A stretch of 64,000 bases of DNA, taken from sequence record PP216085. One strand, 5' to 3'. Positions 40,329 to 57,447 of the stretch are shown here, one piece after another. Under the pieces are notes generated by a model. It ran no database searches. It was given only the letters and a program-made list of their open reading frames with translations, and was not told the DNA's origin. The DNA is from Escherichia phage vB_EcoM_HZ_ZJUN4. Position 1 is the first letter of the stretch. Each line of letters starts with the position of its first letter. The position numbers and the translations under genes were made by a program.

Positions 40329-41333
40329 ATGTTTAAAAAGTATAGCAGTCTTGAAAATCATTACAATTCTAAATTCATTGAAAAACTTTACAGTTTAGGA
40401 TTGACTGGCGGCGAATGGGTAGCTCGTGAAAAGATTCATGGCACAAATTTCTCACTAATTATTGAACGCGATAAAGCAACTTGTGCTAAACGTACTGGAC
40501 CGATTCTTCCTGCTGAAGATTTCTTTGGGTATGAAATTATTCTAAAGAATTACGCTGATTCCATTAAAGCAGTACAAGATATTATGGAAACTTCGGCAGT
40601 TGTATCTTATCAAGTCTTTGGCGAATTCGCTGGACCTGGCATTCAGAAGAATGTTGATTATGGTGATAAAGATTTTTATGTATTTGACATTATTGTTACT
40701 ACCGAAAGTGGTGATGTGACTTATGTCGATGATTATATGATGGAATCATTCTGTAATACATTTAAATTTAAAATGGCTCCACTTTTAGGTCGCGGTAAAT
40801 TTGAAGAGCTTATTAAATTGCCAAATGATTTAGATTCTGTCGTTCAAGATTATAATTTTACAGTAGACCATGCTGGATTAGTTGATGCAAATAAATGCGT
40901 TTGGAATGCCGAAGCAAAAGGCGAAGTATTTACCGCTGAAGGTTATGTATTGAAACCTTGTTATCCTTCTTGGATGCCTAACGGAAATCGTGTAGCTATT
41001 AAATGCAAGAACTCTAAATTTAGTGAAAAGAAAAAGTCTGATAAGCCTATTAAAGCTAAAGTTGAACTGTCAGAAGCTGATAACAAATTGGTGGGAATTT
41101 TAGCTTGTTACGTTACACTGAACCGAGTAAATAACGTTATTTCTAAAATTGGCGAAATTGGTACAAAAGATTTTGGAAAGGTGATGGGACTAACTGTTCA
41201 AGATATTTTGGAAGAAACTTCTCGTGAAGGTATTACTCTAACTCAAGCAGATAATCCTTCTTTGGTTAAAAAGGAATTAGTTAAAATGGTACAAGATGTA
41301 CTTCGTCCGGCTTGGATTGAATTGGTAAGTTAA
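40329..41333 (+). CDS. rnlB: RNA ligase 2, 334 aa
   Basis: [49 protein letters not shown]... with ligase lysine motif KIHGTN; matches T4 Rnl2. Confidence 0.95.
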   Translation: MFKKYSSLENHYNSKFIEKLYSLGLTGGEWVAREKIHGTNFSLIIERDKATCAKRTGPILPAEDFFGYEIILKNYADSIKAVQDIMETSAVVSYQVFGEFAGPGIQKNVDYGDKDFYVFDIIVTTESGDVTYVDDYMMESFCNTFKFKMAPLLGRGKFEELIKLPNDLDSVVQDYNFTVDHAGLVDANKCVWNAEAKGEVFTAEGYVLKPCYPSWMPNGNRVAIKCKNSKFSEKKKSDKPIKAKVELSEADNKLVGILACYVTLNRVNNVISKIGEIGTKDFGKVMGLTVQDILEETSREGITLTQADNPSLVKKELVKMVQDVLRPAWIELVS

Positions 41334-41337
41334 ATAA

Positions 41338-41365
41338 AAAGGGACCGAAAGGTCCCTTTGTTTTA
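41338..41365. terminator. bidirectional terminator between rnlB (+) and gene 24 (-)
   Basis: AAAGGGACC-GAAA-GGTCCCTTT with T-runs on both strands. Confidence 0.7.
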
Positions 41366-42646
41366 TTCATCAACAATAATTTTTGGTAGCTTAACACCTA
41401 ATAAAACAGACAAATCTGAACGACCCGCCATTTTATCCATGTCTCCACCATCAATTATTCTTGCTTCTTTTTCATCTTTTGCTACAGTGTAAGGATTTGC
41501 AGATAAAGCATATCTAACTAATAAACCGATAGATGGCTGCAAACTTTCTGGATCAACTACAACTTTAAATGCACCTACATGTTCAGGGTCATCTAAGTCA
41601 AGACCTTCTGTATACGGAGCATAGAAAATTGATCCAACAATTTCTTTTTCGCCAATATTTTCTACCACGCCAACGATTACATAATCTAATGGGCTGTTAG
41701 TATCGCAATAAAGCGGTAAACCATTAGCTAAGAACCCGTAGGCATTTTGTGAAAGATATTTGTCATCTTCTGGTTTATGTTTTAACCAACCTGATGCAGC
41801 AAGAATCGCAGCGGCACGAGCTGAAGCAACACAGAACGTTGCTGTATAAGTTGATTCTTTTTGGATATGCGAAACCATTTCACACACCATTCGATATAAT
41901 GAACGACCAGCTTCAGGTGCAGATGCATAACTCAAATCAATGAAACCGGTATCAGTAATTCCTGTAACTTTATAGCGTTTTGATACTGTAATCAAAGACT
42001 GTAGAATATCTTTATTGATTTCATCCGCCATTTCAGTTGCAAGCAAATCTTCCAAGAAATTAGGAGCATCGAATCCATTTGCTTCTAAATCTTGTGCTAA
42101 TTCAACTGTGATGCCAGTTTTAAGTTTACGAGATTTAACTGCGGTTTGCCATTTATTAATCTGGAATCTAGCATCCGCAATTTCGCTATCAGAGCTTTCA
42201 AATTTGCTCGTTGACGCTGCATCAGAAAATAGACGAACCTTTAAAAGAACAATTGCAATCTGAAGAGCTAATTCTAAATCGCTTTCTTCAATGGTAGCAA
42301 ATGGTGTATCTTCTAATACTTTATAAACGATATTATTGTATTTGAATAAATCGCCTTTATTGAGAGTTAATTTAGACTCTTCTGTTAATTCTGTGATTTG
42401 TTCTCGGTCTACATACCCAGCTTCGCCAGCGTAAGTAGCACCAGTTTTAAAAGTAAATTCGTTATCTGGATTAAGGTATTTGATACCATAAAAAGCAGCA
42501 ACAGGTTGATTAGTTCTTTGCGTTGCTACAATGTCAGAATATATTAATTTAGTGGTAGCGCGAGTCAAAGCAACGAGATTTGGGCGACCGATTGAGTTGC
42601 TATTCGTTGTGGTTGATTCGCGCAGAAGTTCGTTGATTTTAGCCAT
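41363..42646 (-). CDS. 24: gp24 capsid vertex protein, 427 aa
   Basis: MAKINELLRESTTTNSNSIGRPNLVALTRATTKLIYSDIVATQRTNQP...; matches T4 gp24. Confidence 0.96.
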   Translation of the reverse strand: MAKINELLRESTTTNSNSIGRPNLVALTRATTKLIYSDIVATQRTNQPVAAFYGIKYLNPDNEFTFKTGATYAGEAGYVDREQITELTEESKLTLNKGDLFKYNNIVYKVLEDTPFATIEESDLELALQIAIVLLKVRLFSDAASTSKFESSDSEIADARFQINKWQTAVKSRKLKTGITVELAQDLEANGFDAPNFLEDLLATEMADEINKDILQSLITVSKRYKVTGITDTGFIDLSYASAPEAGRSLYRMVCEMVSHIQKESTYTATFCVASARAAAILAASGWLKHKPEDDKYLSQNAYGFLANGLPLYCDTNSPLDYVIVGVVENIGEKEIVGSIFYAPYTEGLDLDDPEHVGAFKVVVDPESLQPSIGLLVRYALSANPYTVAKDEKEARIIDGGDMDKMAGRSDLSVLLGVKLPKIIVDE

Positions 42647-42674
42647 TGCGCTTTCCTTGTTGAGAGTATATGTT

Positions 42675-42682
42675 TATTTATA
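42675..42682 (-). promoter_or_regulatory. late promoter (TATAAATA on - strand) for gene 24
   Basis: + strand TATTTATA 29 nt upstream of gene 24 start. Confidence 0.6.
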
Positions 42683-42687
42683 AAAGT

Positions 42688-42718
42688 TGTTTACAGCAAG
42701 GTTATCACATGTTACTAT
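42688..42718 (+). promoter_or_regulatory. early sigma70-type promoter
   Basis: GTTTACA, about 17-18 bp spacer, -10 TACTAT. Confidence 0.45.
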
Positions 42719-42748
42719 AGACCTATCAAAAACATGAGGAGATTAAAA

Positions 42749-43015
42749 ATGAACAAGTTAAACTTTATTCGTACTACTCTGTCCGCTCTTGATAAAGACA
42801 TCAAAGCCCTGGTAGAAAAATATGGTTCCAATCCTAACGGTAATGCAGTGAATGCCCTAGTTAAGAAATATGAAACCATGGCTTATGCTACTGACTTCTG
42901 GTGGAACGGTGAATATTCTACCCATACCAAAGACAAATCTGGTAACTGGCTGAAAATCCAAGAAAATCGTATTGACTTCCGTGACATCATCAACCGTCGA
43001 GTTAAGATTGCGTAG
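42749..43015 (+). CDS. hypothetical protein, 88 aa, in the gene 23-24 intergenic slot
   Basis: MNKLNFIRTTLSALDKDIKALVEKYGSNPNG... with GAGGAG RBS; ORF track starts 5 codons earlier. Confidence 0.5.
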   Translation: MNKLNFIRTTLSALDKDIKALVEKYGSNPNGNAVNALVKKYETMAYATDFWWNGEYSTHTKDKSGNWLKIQENRIDFRDIINRRVKIA

Positions 43016-43028
43016 TATAGAAACAAGA

Positions 43029-43050
43029 ATGGGAGACCGAAGTCTCCCAT
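43029..43050. terminator. stem-loop/terminator downstream of gene 23 (-) and the 88-aa ORF (+)
   Basis: ATGGGAGAC-CGAA-GTCTCCCAT. Confidence 0.5.
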
Positions 43051-43064
43051 AATAAGGTTATATC

Positions 43065-44630
43065 TTAGATACCTTTAACATATACACGGCGGAAGTAAGC
43101 GTTTTTACCAAGGCTATTCAGAATAGAAGGCATACCGCTCTGGATGCGAGAAGCCGGAGCCTGAGCAGCGGATTCTGCAAATGGGTTGATACCGATACCG
43201 TAACGAGTTTTGAATCCCATTACTGGTTGGAAGTTCTTCGGATCGGAACCACGCAGCGGAGTCAGAGCTACATATGGAGCATAGTAAATACCAGCATCCA
43301 TTTCGTTCGGACCTTTATAACCTACAGTGAAATAATCCTGTTTAGCATACTGGTCGATATATACACGGTATTTACCACCCAGAACACCCGCAAATACTGA
43401 CTTGGTAGTATCAGTGTTAAAGCCGGTAGCCAGACCCTGTGCAGCATAAGAAATGCCAGTATCAACTGAAGCCAGAACGTTAACTACGTTACGGGAAGCG
43501 ATAATGAAGTTACCTTCACCACGACCGGTCTGACGAGCAATTTCAACTGCTTCTTTGTCAATCTGGAACAACAGAGCTTTAAAGGATTCACCCGCCCAGC
43601 GAGCACCACGAATATCAATCGGATCCTGGAAGTCAAATACACCAGCTTTAGAACCCGGAGTCAGGGTCATACCAGATTTACCAACCTGAGCCGAGTAGTT
43701 AATCCAATCGACAACTTCACGGTTGATTTCCAGCATGATTTCTGTAGCCAGAATACCAGACAGTTCAGCATCAGCATCCATACCGTGAACAGCGCGGAGG
43801 TCTTGTGCTAATTCGATAGAGTAAGCAGCTTTCAGCTGGCGAGATTTAGCTTCGATAACTTGTTTATCGATACGGAAGCCCATTTCATTCCATGGGTTAT
43901 CGGTAGAACCGTTGAAACCTTCCTGAAGTTCAGCGATAGAAGTAGCCATACCTTCAGCGATTTCTACCAGTACACCAGCTTCCATTTGTTTCTTAATTTC
44001 AGCATCTAATTTAGCTGCGTCAGTTGCACTAGTATCAATTTGCTTAACTTCTGTAGCTTGCAGATACACAGTACCAGTGTCCTGGAAGAAGTGGGTGTAA
44101 ATAGTTCCAACTTCAAGAGTATCACTTGCTTTCAAAGCAGCGAATTTCTTAGCAGCACCCTGACCAGAGAACATTGCATCTGGACCATACATTGGGTGGA
44201 ATGCTTCTTTAGCACCGGCAGCGATTGGGTCTTTACCATATACTGCGCGCAGTGCGAATACCTGACCGGTCGGGCTATTCATCGGCTGAACACCGCAAAT
44301 ATCGAAAGCAATCAGGTTAGGAATAGCACGACGTACCATACCCATAACAGCTGGGCCAATCTGAGTTACTGCACCAGAAGTCTGACCGGCAGCGATGTTA
44401 GTAGCATTGTAACCGTGGTCACCACCGATTTCAGCTTCTGTTAAGAAAGAACCGAACGCCTGAGCGATTTTTTCGTCTTTGTACTCTGGAGCTGTCTGGA
44501 AATCTTTTTCCTGGTTTTCAAAGATTTTAGCGATAATCGCTTGTTTGCTATTAGCAATTTCCGGTAAACCTTCACCTTCCAGTAATGGCTTCCATTTGTT
44601 CAAAAGTTCAGCTTTAGTTTTGATAGTCAT
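43065..44630 (-). CDS. 23: gp23 major capsid protein precursor, 521 aa
   Basis: MTIKTKAELLNKWKPLLEGEGLPEIANSKQAIIAKIFENQEKDFQTAPEYKDEKIAQAFGSFLTEAEIGGDHGYNATNIAAGQTSGAVTQIGPAVMGMVRRAIPNLIAFDICGVQPMNSPTGQVFAL... matches T4 gp23. Confidence 0.98.
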   Translation of the reverse strand: MTIKTKAELLNKWKPLLEGEGLPEIANSKQAIIAKIFENQEKDFQTAPEYKDEKIAQAFGSFLTEAEIGGDHGYNATNIAAGQTSGAVTQIGPAVMGMVRRAIPNLIAFDICGVQPMNSPTGQVFALRAVYGKDPIAAGAKEAFHPMYGPDAMFSGQGAAKKFAALKASDTLEVGTIYTHFFQDTGTVYLQATEVKQIDTSATDAAKLDAEIKKQMEAGVLVEIAEGMATSIAELQEGFNGSTDNPWNEMGFRIDKQVIEAKSRQLKAAYSIELAQDLRAVHGMDADAELSGILATEIMLEINREVVDWINYSAQVGKSGMTLTPGSKAGVFDFQDPIDIRGARWAGESFKALLFQIDKEAVEIARQTGRGEGNFIIASRNVVNVLASVDTGISYAAQGLATGFNTDTTKSVFAGVLGGKYRVYIDQYAKQDYFTVGYKGPNEMDAGIYYAPYVALTPLRGSDPKNFQPVMGFKTRYGIGINPFAESAAQAPASRIQSGMPSILNSLGKNAYFRRVYVKGI

Positions 44631-44648
44631 TTGTGTTAACCTTTAAAA

Positions 44649-45458
44649 TTAGAAACGAGATGCGACTTTCGCATATACACTTACAATATCTTCTGCACCA
44701 GGTGCAGCTTTATCTTCTACAGCTTCAGTGACGAAATTCAGTCCGGCTGCTTCAGTATCAGGAGTATTTATACCCTCAGTAATAGTGCTTTCATCTTTAT
44801 TAGACTTCTTCACCATTTCTACGATGGCACTCAATTTATTTGAGAATTCATCTGAATAATCCATACCTTCGACCAGAGCAGAGACTTTTTCTTTTTGAGA
44901 CTCAGTCAGATCTTTAGTACTTTCGCTCAATGCCACTTCACGCTGCACATAATTGATATATGCGTCGCGCATATTGAGTTCTTCGAACAGACGAGCTGAT
45001 TCTTCTTTATGTTCTTGCAGCTCTTCTTCCATTTCAGCCACAACATCAACTGATTCTTCTGGAACAACAACGTTGTGTTCAACAAAGAGCTCTTTTAATC
45101 CACCAAGCATGGATTCAAACAGTTCGGCTTTGATGCCTTTATCAACTGCTAATTTATTTTCAGCGAGCCATTCTTTCGCAAGATGGTCGATGAATTTAGA
45201 AGCTTGCTCAGCGATTTTCTTCTCAGCTTTTTCTTCGGCTTCTTCTTTATTTTTTTCTACTTCTTCTTCTGCTTTTTCAGCAATTTTAGCGATATGAGAT
45301 TCAGCTAATTTAACGGCGTGCTGCTTGACGGTAGCTTCGAATACAGTGCCGAAAGTTTCTTTTGCTTCCGGAGAAATATTAACTGATTCGAAAATACTAT
45401 CAAGAGCAACGGAAGCATCAATTTTTTGCGCTTCAGCAATCAGTTGTTCTTTAAGCAT
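44649..45458 (-). CDS. 22: gp22 prohead core scaffolding protein, 269 aa
   Basis: Acidic coiled-coil-rich 269 aa protein MLKEQLIAEAQKIDASVALDSIFESVNISPEAKE... Confidence 0.95.
   Translation of the reverse strand: MLKEQLIAEAQKIDASVALDSIFESVNISPEAKETFGTVFEATVKQHAVKLAESHIAKIAEKAEEEVEKNKEEAEEKAEKKIAEQASKFIDHLAKEWLAENKLAVDKGIKAELFESMLGGLKELFVEHNVVVPEESVDVVAEMEEELQEHKEESARLFEELNMRDAYINYVQREVALSESTKDLTESQKEKVSALVEGMDYSDEFSNKLSAIVEMVKKSNKDESTITEGINTPDTEAAGLNFVTEAVEDKAAPGAEDIVSVYAKVASRF
44765..44772 (-). promoter_or_regulatory. late promoter (TATAAATA on - strand) for gene 23, inside gene 22 3' end
   Basis: + strand TATTTATA about 135 nt upstream of gene 23 start. Confidence 0.55.
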
Positions 45459-45485
45459 TTTGTAGTCCTGTTGTTTAGATAATAA

Positions 45486-45493
45486 TATTTATA
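45486..45493 (-). promoter_or_regulatory. late promoter (TATAAATA on - strand) for gene 22
   Basis: + strand TATTTATA 28 nt upstream of gene 22 start, overlapping gene 21 stop. Confidence 0.6.
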
Positions 45494-46127
45494 ACGCTTT
45501 TTTCATGGCCTCTGCGAGAGCCATATAGGCGTCATCGGCACTTGTATCGGCTTCCGCCGTCTGTGATTCGGTAATTTCCTTAGGAGTTACCCATGCATCT
45601 GGAGCACTTGGACCCCATACTGCATCAACACCTACAGTTAATTTGAATCCTTCGTTTACGATACGATAACCTTTATTTGTGTCAGTCAATGAACCTAATC
45701 CACGAGAAGAAACTCCTGGAATCCATCCGGCACGAATATTAGCTGCTAATTTATCTCCAGGACCGTGGTCACCTTCAATAACACGAGCTCGTCCGTATAC
45801 GTCATTTCCTTTCCACCACATATCTTCTATAATGATAGCGGCTTGCATCGGGTCAACATTAGCGCGTGGAGGATGATTTAATTCTCCGAGAGCTTGTTTA
45901 GTTAAAACTTGCTCATTAATATAGTCTTTTACCGCTTTTTCTAATATGCGTTTTGGATAAAGACGTTTATTTCTATTGACGACTTCTGCTTGCATGAATA
46001 TTCCTTCGATGTATAAACCCGGTTTTAAACCTAAGTCTTTTCCATCGTGGGATTCAAGCATTGGCACACCATCAATAATTTCGCCAGGTTGACCCCAAGT
46101 TTCAATTAGTAATTGGGGTTCATTCAT
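45489..46127 (-). CDS. 21: gp21 prohead core protease, 212 aa
   Basis: [59 protein letters not shown]...; matches T4 gp21. Confidence 0.95.
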   Translation of the reverse strand: MNEPQLLIETWGQPGEIIDGVPMLESHDGKDLGLKPGLYIEGIFMQAEVVNRNKRLYPKRILEKAVKDYINEQVLTKQALGELNHPPRANVDPMQAAIIIEDMWWKGNDVYGRARVIEGDHGPGDKLAANIRAGWIPGVSSRGLGSLTDTNKGYRIVNEGFKLTVGVDAVWGPSAPDAWVTPKEITESQTAEADTSADDAYMALAEAMKKAL

Positions 46128-46552
46128 TAGCTTAATCCTAATGCTTTACGGCGTTTAAGAGCTTTTTTACGCTTACGCTGAGCACGAGATTGACCTGCTG
46201 GATTGGCAATCTTCGTTTTGGTAGCTTTGCGAGCAATTTGTCTACGTTTTGCTTTAGACAGCCCAGTGGTTTGAAATGCATTACGTTCGCGTGTTTTGCG
46301 GTCTTTAGTACGTGTAATTTCACCACGAGCTGAAACGTGCTTAACAATGAATTCATTTAACGGCATGTTTTCATTAATAGAAGCTAATGCAACTGCTAAA
46401 TCAGTTTCATCATCAAGCATATTCTCGACAATTGTATTTATATCGTCTTTATTTAAAGCAGAAGACAATTCGTCAAAGCGACCCTGTGCTTCAGGAATAA
46501 GTGCTTCGACATTCTCGAGAACTAATTCATGAGTTTCAGGGATCAGAAGCAT
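46127..46552 (-). CDS. 68: gp68 prohead core protein, 141 aa
   Basis: 141 aa with basic C-terminus ([15 protein letters not shown]...). Confidence 0.9.
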
Positions 46553-46790
46553 TATTCATCATCCTCGTCTTCGTCATCTTCGTCAGAGTCTTTGTCTTTT
46601 TTATCATCACCATCTTCGTCTTCGTCATCATCCTCGTCTTCAGGTTCTTCACCTTCGATTAAGAAATTACGAGCGATAGCGATTTTTTCTTCTTTAATTA
46701 AATCAATCGTTCTTGCAGCCATGGCTTCAGCAAATAATTTACGAGCGGCTACGAGGTCGTTTGATTTAATAGCTTCAATTAAACCTTCCA

Positions 46791-46791
<1 letters not shown>
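46552..46791 (-). CDS. 67: gp67 prohead core protein, 79 aa
   Basis: Small protein with poly-acidic C-terminus ([16 protein letters not shown]...). Confidence 0.9.
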
Positions 46792-48416
<1,625 letters not shown>

Positions 48417-48425
48417 TTAAGCAGG

Positions 48426-48443
48426 ATGGGGATTTCTCCCCAT
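48426..48443 (-). other. GC-rich stem-loop downstream of gene 19
   Basis: ATGGGGA-TTTC-TCCCCAT hairpin between gene 19 stop and gene 20 promoter. Confidence 0.45.
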
Positions 48444-48448
48444 TCATT

Positions 48449-48940
48449 TTATTCCCAATAATCGAGAGCGAGAGTTACTTCAAAGGTTTGGATTTCATTG
48501 TTTGAATCCCAATCTAATTGAAGTTCACCCACGTTAGTAGGCCACAGGCCTTTAATTTCGACTTCTTTTGTTACAGTTTTAGCGTCACGAGCATATTGGC
48601 GTACAATAGCACTCTTTTTATACTCTGCTGGTTTTCCACCAGTAATTTCGTTTCCTTGCCCAGCAGCAATGCTTTGCCAATCAACAAACTTCTGACGTGC
48701 ATCATGCGCCTCATCATTCATTACTGTAATAGTCCAGTCATCGAATGTACGATCGCCTGCTACGTTAATTTTACGGTTCATAAATCCGACTGGAATTTTT
48801 TCTACAATACCAGCTGGTAAAGCAGTGGCTTTACATTGAAACGTAAAATTTTGTCCAAGATAAGAAATTTCTACTTGGAATAAGTTAGGTCGAGCAAAAT
48901 CACCAGATTCAAACGCTCGTGTTACATCATCTACAAACAT
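48449..48940 (-). CDS. 19: gp19 tail tube protein, 163 aa
   Basis: MFVDDVTRAFESGDFARPNLFQVEISYLGQNFTFQCKATALPAG... matches T4 gp19. Confidence 0.96.
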   Translation of the reverse strand: MFVDDVTRAFESGDFARPNLFQVEISYLGQNFTFQCKATALPAGIVEKIPVGFMNRKINVAGDRTFDDWTITVMNDEAHDARQKFVDWQSIAAGQGNEITGGKPAEYKKSAIVRQYARDAKTVTKEVEIKGLWPTNVGELQLDWDSNNEIQTFEVTLALDYWE

Positions 48941-48954
48941 ATTAGCCTCTGTAG

Positions 48955-48962
48955 TATTTATA
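48955..48962 (-). promoter_or_regulatory. late promoter (TATAAATA on - strand) for gene 19
   Basis: + strand TATTTATA 15 nt upstream of gp19 start. Confidence 0.55.
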
Positions 48963-49056
48963 TCCCTATGTTTAACCTAGGGCATATAGAATTAAAGAAT
49001 TAAGGATATAGTGTATTTATATGGCCTGCCGAAACAGGCCTTTAGAATGCACCATA

Positions 49057-51036
49057 TTAACCTGCAAGACCAGTTAACTCATCGAAATCTGCACCAGTAG
49101 CAGTTGCTACGAAGTTCAAGGTAATGTAGTTAATGCTTCTAGCCGGTTGGATGTAGAATGTTGCAACAAACTCATTTCTATCAATTACTGACGGAGTGTT
49201 ATTTGTTGTATCGCAAACTACACGATATTCATAAATTCCACCGAGAGCTTTAATTCCCTGTAAGTATTGGGCAGTTTCTGTGCGGAATGATGAACGAGTA
49301 AACGCGTTGTTTAATTCGAACAAACGATATTTTGAACTACGTCCGATATTCGTTTTCAGCATATTAAACAGACGACGAACGTTAATACGATCAAATGGAG
49401 AAGGAACAGAAGTAGCTGTTTTATCACCATACAATACGTAACCATCACCACCTGTACCGGTTACCGGGTTGATAGCTTCTTGGTATAAACGATCGCGCTG
49501 CGCCTGGCGAGTTTCAATAGCAAGTTTAATAACGTTAAGAATCTGGCCGCGATTATAACCAGCTGGAGACATCCAAGTCTGAGAAACGTTATCGGTTCTT
49601 GCACATAAACCGGCAATATCAGCTGCTAATGGAACCCAACGATTCACATCATTATATTTGTCATACTGATACTTGTAGTTACCATCAATTGCTGCGTAGG
49701 TTGAACTGATATTAAAGTTATTATCGGTGTATGAACCTGCTGCAGTTCTCCAATTGACTAAGTTATCAACAGCACGAGTTACAGGAATTCCAACTACAGT
49801 TTCACGCGGTGGTGAGCACAATACTAAGCAATCTTGGCGAGCATCCCCAATTGAAACGACGTGTTTTTGGACAGTAGATGCTGTTTCTAAAGATTCACCG
49901 GCACAAGAACCCGCAATAAACAACTGAACGTCAACAGATTCACGGTCAGCAAAGAAGTCCCAGGCTTCCATCAAATCTCCTGCTGTTACTTCAGCATTTG
50001 ACGATAATCCACCAGACAGAGTTAAAATTCCGGAGAAGCCTTCTGGCCAGTTTTGTGCAGTTGCGAAAATATATTCTGAACCGCCTTTTGCGAAAAAGTC
50101 ATCAATATAGATGTTACTATCGTAAATATCTTTTTCACCACGCTTTGTTGAAAGAACAACGCTTTGAACAATAGCATCATTACGACGAACTATAATAGCG
50201 TATTGCGAATCAGTTTGTGGTCCATATCCAAACACTGCTTTGGCAGTAGATGCGCGTGTTCCGCCACCTGGATAAATTGGTAGTAATGCAGAAGCACCTT
50301 TTGCGTAGTCAGCTTTAGATACGATTTCGATTTCGATTTTATCGCCCAACTCGCCTGGATAAAGAGCTACTACTCCTGGAATTCCATATTTTTCGAGATT
50401 TGTTTGAAATTCAACTGCTGTCATAGCAGCTTCAGCATTTTCAATCTCAGCTAATAAAATACCGGAATCAGTAATAATTTTTCCAAGAGTTATTACTGCA
50501 GCTAAACCAGATGAAGACGAAGAAATTTCCGCGGTCCAGTTAGAACCTAATGCTGGATATTCACCGACTTCTTTCGCTTTAGCGATAATTTTTGCGGTAG
50601 GAATATTAATTTTCTTAATTTTTCCATCAGCATCTACTTCGGTAATTTTACCTTCCGTTTCAATGTCTTCTGAAACATACTTAACTGTGATTTTATCTCC
50701 AACCGCGTAGTTACTACCTGGAGTAGAAATAGTGTATTCAATATTACCGGCAATCGGAGATGAGTTTTTAGCGGTATCTCTATCGACAGCACGCACAACT
50801 CGCAAATCATTTCCATATTGTAAGAAATTCATTGCAGACATAAAATAGTCAGCAGTTTCAGCTGTAGGTTGACCAAAAGTATTAACTAAATCTACTTCAT
50901 TTGTAACCTGTTTAATCTGAAAAGCAGGACCCCACTGGAATTTACCGGCCAAAGCTGCTGTACCAGTAGAGTTATTAACCACGGTGCTTTGAACCGTAGT
51001 TTCTTTGAGCTCAATGCCCGGAGATAATAAAGTCAT
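49057..51036 (-). CDS. 18: gp18 contractile tail sheath protein, 659 aa
   Basis: MTLLSPGIELKETTVQSTVVNNSTGTAALAGKFQWGPAFQIKQVTNEVDLVNTFGQP...; 659 aa as in T4. Confidence 0.97.
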   Translation of the reverse strand: MTLLSPGIELKETTVQSTVVNNSTGTAALAGKFQWGPAFQIKQVTNEVDLVNTFGQPTAETADYFMSAMNFLQYGNDLRVVRAVDRDTAKNSSPIAGNIEYTISTPGSNYAVGDKITVKYVSEDIETEGKITEVDADGKIKKINIPTAKIIAKAKEVGEYPALGSNWTAEISSSSSGLAAVITLGKIITDSGILLAEIENAEAAMTAVEFQTNLEKYGIPGVVALYPGELGDKIEIEIVSKADYAKGASALLPIYPGGGTRASTAKAVFGYGPQTDSQYAIIVRRNDAIVQSVVLSTKRGEKDIYDSNIYIDDFFAKGGSEYIFATAQNWPEGFSGILTLSGGLSSNAEVTAGDLMEAWDFFADRESVDVQLFIAGSCAGESLETASTVQKHVVSIGDARQDCLVLCSPPRETVVGIPVTRAVDNLVNWRTAAGSYTDNNFNISSTYAAIDGNYKYQYDKYNDVNRWVPLAADIAGLCARTDNVSQTWMSPAGYNRGQILNVIKLAIETRQAQRDRLYQEAINPVTGTGGDGYVLYGDKTATSVPSPFDRINVRRLFNMLKTNIGRSSKYRLFELNNAFTRSSFRTETAQYLQGIKALGGIYEYRVVCDTTNNTPSVIDRNEFVATFYIQPARSINYITLNFVATATGADFDELTGLAG

Positions 51037-51064
51037 TTTTAATCCTCTTTAATATGCTTTAATA

Positions 51065-54205
<3,141 letters not shown>

Positions 54206-54246
54206 GATTTCTCCTAATCTGGGCTTTAATTAGTTTATAATATTTA

Positions 54247-55948
<1,702 letters not shown>

Positions 55949-55961
55949 TTAAAAATCCTTT

Positions 55962-55977
55962 GGGGCCTTGCGGCCCC
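55962..55977 (-). terminator. stem-loop/terminator downstream of wac
   Basis: GGGGCC-TTGC-GGCCCC; on the - strand followed by AAAGGATTTTT. Confidence 0.5.
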
Positions 55978-55980
55978 ATG

Positions 55981-57438
55981 TTATGCTGGTGATAAAAAGG
56001 TAGAAAGTAGTACCCATTCGCCGTCTTTACGAACGTAAGCTTGGCCATCTTTTGGAGCTTCAGGGATATAACCTGCTTCCTGTAAAGTCTGAACATCCCC
56101 CTGTAATGAAGATACATTACTTTTAATACTACGCATTTCTTGATTAATAGAAGAAATGTTAGTTTCATTAGCTTTTATTGAATTAGTTAATCCGCGCTCT
56201 TCTACCGTTGAACCATTTGGATTTGTGCCGCTTACTAGTTTATTTAGTGCAACAACTTGGCCTTTAATTCCAGTAGTGTTATTACCAATTTCAACTTGTA
56301 AGTTTTGAACATCATTGTTCAGTCTATTAACTGAAGTTTCAACAGTTGAAACCCTATTTAAAAGAGACCCAGGAGGAGAAGGCTGACCTCCACTAGAATC
56401 AGTTCCAACGATTTGGTTTAGCCATGAAACGTTTGCTCGTAGTCCAGATGAAGTGTTTTCACCAACAATTCCATTTAAAAACTCAATAGATGTTGTATTA
56501 TCTTTAATTCTACCTTTAATACTAGAAGGAATATCATCTGAGCCAATTGACGTTTCAATGACAGTCAATCGTTGTTTAATACCTCCGCTTTTATTTAGTT
56601 CATCATTTAAAGCTGAAACTTCTCGTGTATTAGTGTTAACATCTGTGATTATTGAAGTATTTCCTGGATATCCAATAGAAGTTTTGATAGATTTAATTTC
56701 GGAACTAAGATTAATCTGCGATTGATCTAAATTATGAACACGTGAATATATGCTTTCACTGAATGAAGATGGTCTTTGTCCAAGTTCTTGTCTAAGATTT
56801 CCGACTTCAATTGTCAGTGAACCTACATCAGATTCAATAAATTTTTCTTCCAAATCACTTAGACGTATTCCTTGGGAAGTTATAGCATCTGTATTATTAA
56901 TGATACGGTGCTTCATCCCCGTGCTGCTATTTCCTACAACAGGAAGACCATTAATGTCTTGCCCAGCATATTGTCCTAATTCCCTTTTAATCCATAACAA
57001 ATCATTTCTAATCGTTCTATAAACTGAATTTGCTTGCGAATTAAATGGACCAATATCAGAAAGAATATTATCAACCGTGGTATTTGTACCATTTAATATA
57101 TCAGTGTGTTCATTCGTGAGTGTCTTTAAATTTGATATATCATTTTTATTAATGCTGATCTGTGATAGCGCTTCTATATCTCCTGATACATCTAAAATGC
57201 CTTGAATGGTTTTAATATCTTCCTGAGATGTTTCAATGGCAGTTTTAAGAATTCCTACATTTTCGTCGAGAACCTCGACATTTTTAAACACGGAAACAGT
57301 TGGTCTATTCATTGACCCATCGTTTCCATACTTAGTACTAGCTCCTAATATTTCTTCACCATTTTTAATCCATGAAATACGTTCCTGACCTTCGCCAGGA
57401 ACGCTATCAACAAAAGGTAACTCTTTTAATTCAATCAT
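55981..57438 (-). CDS. wac: fibritin (whisker antigen control), 485 aa
   Basis: Coiled-coil protein ending in foldon [27 protein letters not shown]. Confidence 0.96.
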   Translation of the reverse strand: MIELKELPFVDSVPGEGQERISWIKNGEEILGASTKYGNDGSMNRPTVSVFKNVEVLDENVGILKTAIETSQEDIKTIQGILDVSGDIEALSQISINKNDISNLKTLTNEHTDILNGTNTTVDNILSDIGPFNSQANSVYRTIRNDLLWIKRELGQYAGQDINGLPVVGNSSTGMKHRIINNTDAITSQGIRLSDLEEKFIESDVGSLTIEVGNLRQELGQRPSSFSESIYSRVHNLDQSQINLSSEIKSIKTSIGYPGNTSIITDVNTNTREVSALNDELNKSGGIKQRLTVIETSIGSDDIPSSIKGRIKDNTTSIEFLNGIVGENTSSGLRANVSWLNQIVGTDSSGGQPSPPGSLLNRVSTVETSVNRLNNDVQNLQVEIGNNTTGIKGQVVALNKLVSGTNPNGSTVEERGLTNSIKANETNISSINQEMRSIKSNVSSLQGDVQTLQEAGYIPEAPKDGQAYVRKDGEWVLLSTFLSPA

Positions 57439-57447
57439 TTGTAATCC

